Source: Candidatus Saccharimonadia bacterium
GTDB taxonomy: Bacteria; Patescibacteriota; Saccharimonadia; Saccharimonadales; 2-12-FULL-41-12
Direction: 5' to 3'
Assembly (NCBI GenBank): GCA_963717365.1
Contig: OY970327.1
Coordinates: 459,599 to 523,598 of the forward strand
DNA: 64,000 bases
Position numbers and translations under genes: made by a program. Below, one piece after another: positions 55,058-64,000 of the stretch (position 1 is the first letter of the stretch; every line of letters begins with the position of its first letter). The notes beneath the pieces are model-generated. The model worked only from the letters and a program-made list of their open reading frames with translations. It made no database searches and was not told where the DNA came from.

Positions 55058-55765
55058 TTAACTAATCTTGGTGCCGATATCTTCACCTGATATTACACGG
55101 GCGATGGCACCTTCGTTCATTGGATTGAATATAACTAGTTTCATGCCTTGCTCCATGGCAAGACCCATAGCGGCTTTATCCATCACTTTAATTTCAGCAT
55201 TTTCAACAGCTTGCTGGAATTGTAGTGAATCATACAAAATAGCGTCGTCATGCTTATGGGGATCTTTATCATAAACACCATTAACTTTAGTAGCTTTTAG
55301 AACAATCTCGCAGTCCATCTCGAGCGCCAGCGAAACCGCGGCCGTATCAGTAGTCAAGTAGGGTCGACCCAGACCGCCGCCGGCGATAACTACGCGGCCT
55401 TTTTCCAAATGCTTGTTGGCAAGCCGGTAAACAAAAGGTTCGGCCACTTGTTGTGCGAATATATTAGTTAAACAGCGAGTCTTAACACCTTGATCTTCAA
55501 AGATATCTGTTAAAGCCAATGCGTTAATCATAGTGCCAAGCATACCCATGTGATCGCCAGTTACACGACGAATACCATGACCAGCTACCTGGGCCCCTCG
55601 GACAAAATTGCCCCCACCCACCATAATTACAACTTCGGTACCACTTTCAGATGTTTTTTTAACTTCTCGAGCAAACCAGGACGCAAGTTCCGGATCGATA
55701 CCATGTTCATATTTTCCCGCCAGCATTTCACCGGACAGCTTCAGGAGGACTCGTTTGTATGCCAT
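55058..55765 (-). CDS. pyrH: UMP kinase
   Basis: KRVLLKLSGE and GGGNFVRG motifs. I chose the start at the internal Met (MAYKRVLLKLSGE) rather than the track start at 55813. Confidence 0.85.
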   Translation of the reverse strand: MAYKRVLLKLSGEMLAGKYEHGIDPELASWFAREVKKTSESGTEVVIMVGGGNFVRGAQVAGHGIRRVTGDHMGMLGTMINALALTDIFEDQGVKTRCLTNIFAQQVAEPFVYRLANKHLEKGRVVIAGGGLGRPYLTTDTAAVSLALEMDCEIVLKATKVNGVYDKDPHKHDDAILYDSLQFQQAVENAEIKVMDKAAMGLAMEQGMKLVIFNPMNEGAIARVISGEDIGTKIS

Positions 55766-55852
55766 TAAATGAAAATTATAACAGACCAATAGCAACTGTG
55801 GGAAAATCCGCAAAGTTCATTATTTAGTTAAAAGTCCGTTATACTGTAATTC

Positions 55853-56647
55853 ATGAAAATCTACTCATGGAATGTCAATGGTATCCGCGCCGTTTGGAAT
55901 AAGGGAATGTTTCAGAAATTTATAGAACAGCATGACCCGGACATAATATGCTTACAAGAAACTAAAGCACAGCAAGAACAGTCCGAAGTGGATACTCCCG
56001 GCTACCACGAGTATTGGAATTCGGCTGTTAAGAAAGGTTATTCTGGCACTGCAATCTTCACAAAAACGAAGCCGATTGATGTTCTCTACGGCTTGCCCGA
56101 TGTAATCGCCCACAACTATACTGCTATGGCCGACTCATATGGCGATCCGTTGCAAGAGGGCAGAGTGTTGGCAGCTGAATTTAAAGACTACTATGTACTC
56201 ACGGTCTATACCCCTAATTCAAAAGGGGATCTGGGACGATTAAAATTGCGGCATGAACAATGGGACAAGGCTTTCTTAGATTATATTAAGCTACTAGAAC
56301 AGAAAAAGCCGGTTATTTTTTGTGGCGATCTTAATGTTGCCCATACCGAAGATGATCTAGCTAATCCAAAGCCTAACGTTGGTAAGCATGGTTTTACCGA
56401 TGAAGAACGCCAAGGCTTCCAGAATTTTTTGAACGCCGGTTTTATTGACACCTTTCGTATGTTTACGCAGGGAAACGGGCACTACAGCTGGTGGACGCAT
56501 TGGGCCAAAGCCCGCGAGCGTAACGTCGGTTGGCGCATTGATTATTTTTTAGTATCAGGAGATCTAAAGTCTCAAATTAAAGCCGCTACCATCCATGCCG
56601 ACGTGATGGGCTCTGACCACTGTCCAGTCAGTATTGAAATTAACTAA
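55853..56647 (+). CDS. xth: Exodeoxyribonuclease III
   Basis: 264 aa with MKIYSWNVNGIR, LQETK and the C-terminal SDHCPV. Leaderless-type TATACT at 55840-55845 lies 7 nt before the ATG. Confidence 0.85.
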   Translation: MKIYSWNVNGIRAVWNKGMFQKFIEQHDPDIICLQETKAQQEQSEVDTPGYHEYWNSAVKKGYSGTAIFTKTKPIDVLYGLPDVIAHNYTAMADSYGDPLQEGRVLAAEFKDYYVLTVYTPNSKGDLGRLKLRHEQWDKAFLDYIKLLEQKKPVIFCGDLNVAHTEDDLANPKPNVGKHGFTDEERQGFQNFLNAGFIDTFRMFTQGNGHYSWWTHWAKARERNVGWRIDYFLVSGDLKSQIKAATIHADVMGSDHCPVSIEIN

Positions 56648-56776
56648 TAAATAAAATATGATATAATAGTTGAGTTATGATTAAGCGTTATTTTGGATTC
56701 TTTTGGTTTACAGCCCCCAAATTGGCGGTTAGTCTGGTGCGTATTAAAAAGTAAGTTTCAAAAGCAGCAGAATGAT

Positions 56777-56805
56777 AACCGCCAAGATGGCGGTTTTTTA
56801 TTTTT
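56777..56805 (+). terminator. Rho-independent terminator
   Basis: AACCGCC (56777-56783) pairs with GGCGGTT (56789-56795) around a 5-nt loop, followed by TTTTTATTTTTTT. Confidence 0.7.
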
Positions 56806-56957
56806 TTGATTTTACAGAAAGGAAAAATAGTAAGATGATAACAGGACCAGAAATAATCCCTCAGCTGCACCAAATTTCCGACCATGAACGGCGCGGCAAC
56901 GCCGAGATAATCGCCGTTCTGGGAATCGCACGTAGCGTAGTAGATCAAAGGCCAAAA

Positions 56958-58025
56958 ATGGAAGAGACAATTAAAGACGTGAATATTAAAAGTACGATGC
57001 GTCCTGTTTCGCCCCTGGAAGTTGCCAATAAATATCCTCAGACTGAGGAGTCCGCTAGAACAGTGCTTTCAAGCCGGCGCGCTATTGCTGAGATCATAAC
57101 TAATCCGACAACCAATAATCGACTTCTCGTAGTCGTAGGCCCATGCTCTATCCACGACCCAGAGGCAGCTCTGGAGTACGCTAAATGGCTACAACCACTC
57201 CGTATAATGTATGCCGACCGTTTAGAAATAGTCATGCGCACTTATGTCGAAAAGCCTCGTACAACGATTGGCTGGGAGGGTTTTGTAGAGGATCCACACT
57301 TGGATAAATCTTACGATAAAGATGCCGGCTTGTTGAAAAGTCGTAAACTCTTACTAGCTATAACTGAGCTTGGCATACCGGTTACTATGGAACTGCTAAA
57401 TACGGCCACGCCCCAGTATTTAGATGAACTAATCTCCTGGGGTGCAATTGGAGCCCGCACGGTAGAGAGCCAACTACATCGTAAATTGGCGTCCGGTGTA
57501 TCGTTTCCGGTTGGTTTTAAAAACGGCACCGGTGGGGGAATTGATATTATGATCAATGCTATTAAGGCAGCCCAGCATTCTCATCATATGGATGGGATCG
57601 ACCGACTTGGTAGTGCAGCTCGCATTGAAACTAAAGGCAATAAACTGTTACACGCAATACTGCGTGGTGGTGGTGGTAAACCCAATTACTTAAAACAAGA
57701 CATTCAAGAAGTTACGCAGCAAATGACTAAGCAAGGTCTGGTGCCAGCAGTTATGGTTGACTGCTCACACGTCAACAGTAATTCTGACTTTACCCAGCAA
57801 CCCGCAGTTGCCGAGGCAGTAGCCCAACAGGTCGCCGACGGGAACTCATACATCATCGGCGCAATGATCGAAAGCAACTTAGTGCCGGGCAGGCAAGACG
57901 TTGCCGAAGGTAGAGAGCTTTTGTATGGACAGAGTATCACAGACAGCTGCGTTGGCCTTACAGAGACACAAGCAATGCTGGAGATGTTAGCAGATTCAGT
58001 CACTGCCAGGCGAAAGAACCGTTAA
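56958..58025 (+). CDS. aroG: 3-deoxy-7-phosphoheptulonate (DAHP) synthase, class I
   Basis: LLVVVGPCSIHDPEAALEYAKWL and KPRTTIGWEGF are present. Alignment from memory with the E. coli AroG N-terminus supports ATG 56958. In-frame upstream starts (56835, 56772) would add 41-62 aa. Confidence 0.75.
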   Translation: MEETIKDVNIKSTMRPVSPLEVANKYPQTEESARTVLSSRRAIAEIITNPTTNNRLLVVVGPCSIHDPEAALEYAKWLQPLRIMYADRLEIVMRTYVEKPRTTIGWEGFVEDPHLDKSYDKDAGLLKSRKLLLAITELGIPVTMELLNTATPQYLDELISWGAIGARTVESQLHRKLASGVSFPVGFKNGTGGGIDIMINAIKAAQHSHHMDGIDRLGSAARIETKGNKLLHAILRGGGGKPNYLKQDIQEVTQQMTKQGLVPAVMVDCSHVNSNSDFTQQPAVAEAVAQQVADGNSYIIGAMIESNLVPGRQDVAEGRELLYGQSITDSCVGLTETQAMLEMLADSVTARRKNR

Positions 58026-58068
58026 TACTGCTACACTATAGTCACCGTTAGACCGATCAAGAGAGGAC

Positions 58069-58848
58069 ATGATGACAACCGATTTTTGGCAGCAGCAATC
58101 AGATAAACCGCTATTTCCAAACATGCTTTGGAGTCGGCCTGAAACAAAATCAGGAGCTGGCAAACTCCTGATTATCGGCGGTCAGGCCCAAGAATTTATT
58201 CATGTCGCCGAGAGTTTTGCTTGCGTCGAACAAGCCGGGGCAGGCACAGTGCGAGTTCTAATGCCCGAAAGTACCCGCAAGCTTACTAAAATGCTGCCGA
58301 ACATAGAGTATGCTACCAGCAACGTTAGTGGCAGCTTCGCTCAGAATGCTCTGGCAGAATTACTAGACGCTGCACTATGGGCCGACGGTGTGCTGCTGGC
58401 AGGAGATCTTGGCAAAAACAGTGAGACTAATCTAATGCTAGAAAGCTTTACTACCGGCTACAGTGGGACGTTGGTAATCGCTGGAGCCGCTGTTACCAGT
58501 ATACCTGTCTCAGCTAATGAACTTTTTAAGAAACCATCAGCTATTCTTGTGTTGTCTTTCGATGAACTGCAAAAACTTAGTAAAGTACTTGGCCTGGCTA
58601 CACCCATAACTTCAAGCATTGCCATTCCAGCTTTTGCCGGTATTTTACATGAGATTACTACTAAGTTTCCTGTTACTCTGGTCATTCATAAAGAAAACGA
58701 GGTCTGGACTTCCTATAACGGCCGCGTGGCATTCACGCATTTAAAGGACACAAAGACAAATAGTCGACTTGCCTCTTACACAGCCGTATGGAGTATCCAA
58801 AATCCAACCAAACTATTTGAAGCTGTAACAACCGCTGTTTACTGTTAG
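58069..58848 (+). CDS. YjeF-C-terminal-like (NAD(P)HX dehydratase / ribokinase-fold) protein (tentative)
   Basis: 259 aa. SGAGKLLIIGGQAQEFIHVAESFACVEQAGAGTVRVLMPES resembles HKGxxGxxxIIGGSxxYxGAxxLAxxAAxRxGAGLV. Confidence 0.4.
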   Translation: MMTTDFWQQQSDKPLFPNMLWSRPETKSGAGKLLIIGGQAQEFIHVAESFACVEQAGAGTVRVLMPESTRKLTKMLPNIEYATSNVSGSFAQNALAELLDAALWADGVLLAGDLGKNSETNLMLESFTTGYSGTLVIAGAAVTSIPVSANELFKKPSAILVLSFDELQKLSKVLGLATPITSSIAIPAFAGILHEITTKFPVTLVIHKENEVWTSYNGRVAFTHLKDTKTNSRLASYTAVWSIQNPTKLFEAVTTAVYC

Positions 58849-58929
58849 CTCCGATCCTCCGTTCTCTTGACAAAATAGCATTTATTTGCTATTATATAAA
58901 GAATAGTTCGGTTATTTATAAGGTGAAAT

Positions 58930-59691
58930 ATGAGTGGACACGAAAACGGCCTAGATCCAGATGTAAAACGAGCTCTAGAGCTTATTCTTCCGTCTGGAGC
59001 CGACTTTTCCGATAAAGTTTGCGAACCTGATACAGAAGAGCATGTTGTACAGGATTCCAGAGAAATTCCTATGGCAGACCCAGCCACACCTTTTCATGAC
59101 GACGGTGAGACTACGTTAGTTATTACATTAGAGCTGCCCGAAGTTACCAAGCGCCGATTTAATCGCGCCAGAGCCGCTACCTTAGGAACTGCCGCGTTGG
59201 TAAGCGTAGGCGCAGTAGTCGCGGCCCTTACGCTATTTGATACGCCACGGAAAACACATCCCGTGCCCGTTCCACAGCTAACAACGCCTAAGAAAATTCC
59301 GAGCAAATCTAGTCTAACTCCTCAAACCGACCAGCGTAAGCCAGCCAACGAGCAGTCAAAACCTAGTAACTCCAATCAGCCACAAGCTATCCAAAAATCA
59401 TCTGGTAACTCGGTTTCAACCAAACCTGAATCAACAGTTCAATATACTGCGCCTGTAACCACTGCCCGGCAGCAAGCTGCTCCGCCGGTTACTAGAACTG
59501 GGCGCACTGCTAATACCGCTCCGGTAAAGCCGATTACTAACTCATCATCTTCTAATATAACTACTGTGGCAACTGAATCAGGCGGCGCGGCTCCATCCGG
59601 TATCGAAGCGCCAGTAGCGGGAAGCGGTGGTGATACCTACGGCAACGGTAAGGCTCAGCCAAGTGGCGGCGTTACTCCAACCATCCGTTAG
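58930..59691 (+). CDS. Membrane-anchored Pro/Ser/Thr/Gln-rich low-complexity protein
   Basis: 253 aa with one TM (AATLGTAALVSVGAVVAALTLF) followed by an extended low-complexity region. Confidence 0.5.
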   Translation: MSGHENGLDPDVKRALELILPSGADFSDKVCEPDTEEHVVQDSREIPMADPATPFHDDGETTLVITLELPEVTKRRFNRARAATLGTAALVSVGAVVAALTLFDTPRKTHPVPVPQLTTPKKIPSKSSLTPQTDQRKPANEQSKPSNSNQPQAIQKSSGNSVSTKPESTVQYTAPVTTARQQAAPPVTRTGRTANTAPVKPITNSSSSNITTVATESGGAAPSGIEAPVAGSGGDTYGNGKAQPSGGVTPTIR

Positions 59692-59729
59692 ATAGTGTTA
59701 CTAAGTAACTTGTTTATTAAACTCTAAAC

Positions 59730-62675
59730 TTAGCGTGGTTTTTTAGGCTGCTGATATGACCAGTGCCATGGCTCCATAAAGTACTGTACGTAACCATATT
59801 TATGAGCGTTTTTATCTAACCATTTGTAAACTTTACTCTTTAAAGCTACGCGTGGATTTGTAGTAGAAACGGGTTTATTAGGGTGCTGGACTGGGTACGC
59901 GTTGGCTTTAATAGGGCCGCCGATAGCTATATCGATTGCTGATTTTCGTGGGTCTTGGTGGCCGGAGTGCTTAGGGCGGGCAACATAGTTTGAATCTTGT
60001 ACCGGTTTCCATAGTTCCGTCTGGTGGCTGTTTCTTCGGTAAGAGCTGAGTGCTTGTAATGTAATGCCGTCCACTTTTGCGGCATTAAACATCCGAATCA
60101 CATTTTTTACTGCTCCGGCGCCCACAATCACATTGCGGTTTGCGCCAGCAATATAATGACGGCTACCTGGCTTGCTCTCTTCGCTAGAGCTTTTAAAACC
60201 ATTGACGGCGTACAAGCGTGTATCAATTGACTGGCCTTTTACAAAAGCAGGTTGCATGCCTAAGTCGGTGGCCCCGGTTATCTTTAAGCCGCCTTTTTCA
60301 GTGTGAGTAGCACTGGCAGAGCCAGCAGTAAGACGGCGCTCACGTTCTTCGCGGTTTTTAATAATCTGGTTGGCGTGCGGCTTAACCTGTCGCAAACGGC
60401 GGTAGGAATACAGCGGGTACTCCTTATCAAGCAGAGACCAATCCACCGCGTTTGGATGCTGTTTTATAACTTCTTTTAAAAATGGCAACTGTTCGTGGAT
60501 ATCGACATTTTTAATGCGTTCTTCCATGGTGGTCATATATGTTTCAATCGAAGTTCCATTGCCGTCTTTTTTGCTAATTGCCTTATTATAAGTGTCAATA
60601 TCTTTACTGGCGACGTGTATCCCAACACCCGGACCTTTTAGCCACGAGGCCGCAGCGGCATCAGCGCTGCCGGTGTGCTCAAGCAAATTGAGCATTTTTT
60701 TCATGGTAACAATCGTTTGGTTGGCAGGGGTTAATGGAGCGTTAGGATTGCCTAGTTCCTGGCCAGCCCACTCTTCCCAGAAACAGAATTGCATATAGCC
60801 TTTGCATTTGGCCCAGTTTTCGGCGTTCGGGTTAGCCGGTCTGCCAGACTCAAAAATAGAGATCGCCGCGATTATTTGCCCTAGAGAATACCGTGGGTTA
60901 AGTTCTTCCATTTCGGCATTGCTAGACGCGGATTCGGCTTGCTTATTGGCGCTTTCTAGCGTCTTGTCGGCCCGCGCCAAAATAGCTCGGAAGACATTAA
61001 TCACATCTTCCTGTGCGGATTCTGGTGTTAGTGTACTGAGTACCTCTGCCTGCATCGTAAAAATCTTTTGACGTTCTTCATCGCTATAACGATCCATGCC
61101 AGGATCATCCTTAAATGTAATTTCTAATAATCCAATTAGTTCTTTTTGGAATTCACTGTTAGGGTTAGTTTTTAGAGCGTCCTGATTAAAATCATCAGGG
61201 TAACGAGCGGTCAGCATAATATTGGAAATTTGTTGGCTTATTGCATCGGTCATGCCAGCCGTAACGCCAGGACGATGGGTTAATAAGTCAAGACTACTGA
61301 GTGCAATTTCGTCCATTTTATTAATAGTCAGACGACCTTTGTCTTTAGCGCCTAAACTAATTTTGCCGAGCTCCAAGCTAATGTTTCCAACTCTTCCGGT
61401 AACGTAAGCTTCTCCGCCGGTAACGATAATCCGGTTACGGTATTTTTCGTCAATAGCAGTTGACGATGAAATACCGGCTACCTGCTTGGCTACTTCGGAC
61501 GGCGTATGAAGGGCTGTTTTCTTAACTTTACCAGCTTCACCAATGATGGCTATTGGGGACTTAGCCTCATCACGCGAACTATCAGAGCCATTCAGCGCGC
61601 TAATACCAGCAGCAGTTAAAGCTACGACGCTGGTAGCAACAATAAGCGCATTTCGCCGTACATCATAGGGAAGCTTGTTCCATTCTGTTTTTACGGTATC
61701 TATTTTTTCAGCTAATTTTTCCGCCAGACCTGGTGTATTCAATACTTCTTTTGGAATATCTAATGTAATAACTGACGAGCGATTGGATCGTGCGGCTTTT
61801 CTATTTTGTTTTGTCTGATACTTTTTAAATTCGTTACTTCTATATTGGTCATTCACTAACGACAATACTTTGCTTGATGGAACACCGGCGTCAAGAAGCC
61901 TATCTACCGCAACTGGCTGCTTTGATTTAGCTAGATAACTTCTAAGCGCATGGTTCTCCAAAAGCTCAACCAGCTTTTCGGCAGCATCACGTTCTCGGTT
62001 GAGGACTGCGGTTTTTGTAGCGTCTAGACGCCGTTGATCAGCGGTTTGCTGACGGCATTTATCGACATCTTGAGCAATAAATTCTTTATGGTATTCCTGC
62101 AGCTTTGTAAGACGCTCATTCATCGGCAGTGTATCTAAGATTCGTGCTACTTCGGGGCTCTCATCCTCTAACCAAGGTGTGAATCCTTCAATTGACTGAT
62201 AGTCTCCAACTGCGGTTCTAACCGTCAAAAAGTCGCTGTGAATAGCTTCTACCCAGTCGTCTTTTTGTTTAATCGGAGCACTGTTAAGCAAGTCACGGTC
62301 ATGAGGAGTGATACAGACAACAAACTCCTGATCGTCTAAGCGCCGCTGAATTTTCTCTTGTTTTTTAGCATAGTCAACGCAGCCCGCTAAAAGATTTTGT
62401 ACATTACCGGCTACATCGCTAGGGTTACTGTGAAAATCGTGCCGATCGTATAAAAAACCTTGCAGATCTTCAATTGGATCATTGGCACGTGCCTGGCCAA
62501 TCACTTTTAGTTTTTCTGTATCAGTAGCGTGTGGATCATAGAGAACTGCTATCTGGTCCTCGTTAAAAACACCTGCTGTTAGGGCAGGTAGGTGTTCTTG
62601 AGTTTGGTAAGTTTCATGTTGTCCCGTAGGATTCAAATCGACTGACTGCTGCTCGATATACGAAGATCGTGCCAT
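59730..62675 (-). CDS. Large membrane-anchored peptidoglycan hydrolase fusion (lytic-transglycosylase-like plus M15/VanY-like peptidase)
   Basis: 981 aa with a TM near residue 350 (LIVATSVVALTAAGISAL). SLT-like motifs are IFESG and KGYMQF. The C-terminal M15B-like motifs are SSYRRNSHQTELW, HSGHQDPRKSAIDIA and YFMEPWHWSY. Confidence 0.65.
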   Translation of the reverse strand: MARSSYIEQQSVDLNPTGQHETYQTQEHLPALTAGVFNEDQIAVLYDPHATDTEKLKVIGQARANDPIEDLQGFLYDRHDFHSNPSDVAGNVQNLLAGCVDYAKKQEKIQRRLDDQEFVVCITPHDRDLLNSAPIKQKDDWVEAIHSDFLTVRTAVGDYQSIEGFTPWLEDESPEVARILDTLPMNERLTKLQEYHKEFIAQDVDKCRQQTADQRRLDATKTAVLNRERDAAEKLVELLENHALRSYLAKSKQPVAVDRLLDAGVPSSKVLSLVNDQYRSNEFKKYQTKQNRKAARSNRSSVITLDIPKEVLNTPGLAEKLAEKIDTVKTEWNKLPYDVRRNALIVATSVVALTAAGISALNGSDSSRDEAKSPIAIIGEAGKVKKTALHTPSEVAKQVAGISSSTAIDEKYRNRIIVTGGEAYVTGRVGNISLELGKISLGAKDKGRLTINKMDEIALSSLDLLTHRPGVTAGMTDAISQQISNIMLTARYPDDFNQDALKTNPNSEFQKELIGLLEITFKDDPGMDRYSDEERQKIFTMQAEVLSTLTPESAQEDVINVFRAILARADKTLESANKQAESASSNAEMEELNPRYSLGQIIAAISIFESGRPANPNAENWAKCKGYMQFCFWEEWAGQELGNPNAPLTPANQTIVTMKKMLNLLEHTGSADAAAASWLKGPGVGIHVASKDIDTYNKAISKKDGNGTSIETYMTTMEERIKNVDIHEQLPFLKEVIKQHPNAVDWSLLDKEYPLYSYRRLRQVKPHANQIIKNREERERRLTAGSASATHTEKGGLKITGATDLGMQPAFVKGQSIDTRLYAVNGFKSSSEESKPGSRHYIAGANRNVIVGAGAVKNVIRMFNAAKVDGITLQALSSYRRNSHQTELWKPVQDSNYVARPKHSGHQDPRKSAIDIAIGGPIKANAYPVQHPNKPVSTTNPRVALKSKVYKWLDKNAHKYGYVQYFMEPWHWSYQQPKKPR

Positions 62676-62684
62676 TATGATTAC

Positions 62685-63848
62685 CTACAGACCGAGTTTA
62701 GTCGTGTCTATGCCATTAGATTTGTTAAGAATGTCATAATATTGTTGTAAAGCGTCACCTGTAGGAGTACAGGTACCGGTTTGCGTAACGTGTACATTAT
62801 CTGAAGATTTGCCCATTTTCTCAGCTAGGCCCTTGCTCGTATAAATAGTTTCTTGCGGCAGTTGCACGGCTGCTCCGGCAACAATACGAGTATTAACTAT
62901 GCCTTTTCTATTACGATAAGTTTCTACATAATTTACCTTAATATCTGGCTGCAGCATCTCTTTAAGTAGGCCAGCGGTGGTTTGTTCACGCTTGCCAGGC
63001 ATTGCCTCAAGCAGCTGACGGGCAGTGTTAATTTGATCTTCGACGTTAACCATAACGCCGGCTTTAAGCCCCTTAACAAGCATCTTGCCGCAAGCAACCT
63101 TAAAGCCACTGTCAGCAATATCAGCAGTATTTACCCCTCGTTCGGCAGCACCGTCAACCGTTTCAAAGGCAAAAAAGTCATCATCGGTATTTACTTTTGA
63201 TTCGCCATCTTTGTCTCGAGCAGACTCCATGCTCACCTGGGAGAATAATTTTTTAATATCTACATTGGCCTGGATGCCGTATCGTTGTTTTCCATCCTCG
63301 GATAGGGGCAATTTGAATGGCCGCAAAGTGATTGCATTCCGTTTTGTCCCTACTTGTACTACACCTTCGCGTTCGGCAGAAGTTTTCTTATCCATTACTT
63401 TTGCAACGGTGCTATTGAAGATGCCGCCTAAAACAGGAATATCAGATTCTGGACGAGTCTGTACTTCAGCGGTGCCGGTACCTTCACCCTCAACCAGTAT
63501 GGGTTTGTTTGGTAGTGTTATCCGTTTCAGGGCGTTATAAGGAGATACCTGTACGTCTTCATGCAGTACACCTGATTTAAACTTATCAAGCAAGTCGGAT
63601 CCGCAACTGGCAAGCCCAACTGTACCTAGCGCAAAACATGCCAAAGCCACTGCCGGACGGGCACCTATTCTCCAAGCAGTTCGTTTTAACTTCGCGTCGG
63701 CTGTCCGAGCACGAGCTTCGGCTATCAGGACTTGAGGGTCCGTCACAGACCCTTCGACACTTCTGTGAGGTAGCCGCGAAACTTCTTCCCATTCAAATTC
63801 ATTAGTCTCTGGTGAATCAATCTGAGGTATATCTTTTTTTCTAGGCAT
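62685..63848 (-). CDS. Hypothetical membrane/lipoprotein-like protein (387 aa)
   Basis: The hydrophobic segment AVALACFALGTVGLASCGS has a lipobox-like LASC after a ~60-aa N-terminal region. It lies immediately upstream of, and is co-oriented with, the hydrolase fusion. Confidence 0.5.
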   Translation of the reverse strand: MPRKKDIPQIDSPETNEFEWEEVSRLPHRSVEGSVTDPQVLIAEARARTADAKLKRTAWRIGARPAVALACFALGTVGLASCGSDLLDKFKSGVLHEDVQVSPYNALKRITLPNKPILVEGEGTGTAEVQTRPESDIPVLGGIFNSTVAKVMDKKTSAEREGVVQVGTKRNAITLRPFKLPLSEDGKQRYGIQANVDIKKLFSQVSMESARDKDGESKVNTDDDFFAFETVDGAAERGVNTADIADSGFKVACGKMLVKGLKAGVMVNVEDQINTARQLLEAMPGKREQTTAGLLKEMLQPDIKVNYVETYRNRKGIVNTRIVAGAAVQLPQETIYTSKGLAEKMGKSSDNVHVTQTGTCTPTGDALQQYYDILNKSNGIDTTKLGL

Positions 63849-64000
63849 AATTCGTATATATGATACTCAAAAAATTACATATCTTTTGCTATATCACCCT
63901 AATTATTACTTAATATAAGGTATAAATACATTGTACACTATTTTTGAAATAAGTCAATAGTATTGTATAATTTAAACTTTTTAAATAACAGGGGTAGTAA

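Overview
This window looks like a bacterial chromosome segment of low to moderate GC. It mixes housekeeping genes with accessory regions. The housekeeping genes include prs, apt, purS-L/Q/M, gdh, msrA, tgt, rlmH, pyrH, xth, a class-I DAHP synthase and one tRNA-Ser. The many small orphan ORFs, sparse metabolism and a large peptidoglycan-hydrolase fusion are reminiscent of reduced-genome lineages such as Patescibacteria/Saccharibacteria. That lineage guess is inference only, because no rRNA is present. Three things stand out. (1) A sharply GC-rich four-gene cassette at about 10.35-15.22 kb encodes a protein-kinase-like protein, a vWA/MIDAS protein, a divergent adenylosuccinate-synthetase-family enzyme and an orphan 382-aa protein. 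It has an AT-rich-style promoter, a roughly 170-nt leader and a U-tract-less GC hairpin terminator, and it sits next to a nucleotide-salvage cluster (NTase-domain protein, prs, wHTH-Nudix, apt, Nudix). This is my best candidate for an undescribed, horizontally acquired nucleotide-based system. (2) An array of small orphan genes at 2.5-10.3 kb, plus one at 20.2 kb, is each preceded by the same roughly 60-bp promoter module. The module contains the palindrome ATACCAC-N4-GTGGTAT overlapping an extended -10 box 6-8 nt before the ATG, which implies leaderless transcripts. Several cassette junctions also share a conserved motif. (3) There are several families of long palindromic or structured intergenic elements. 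These include two ~90-nt elements with the same architecture and covarying outer stems, a palindromic promoter/terminator pair bracketing an ABC operon, and a leader with mutually exclusive pairings upstream of a LeuA-like gene next to tRNA-Ser. I saw no CRISPR array, rRNA, transposase or integrase. All functional calls come from motif recognition by eye, with no database search.
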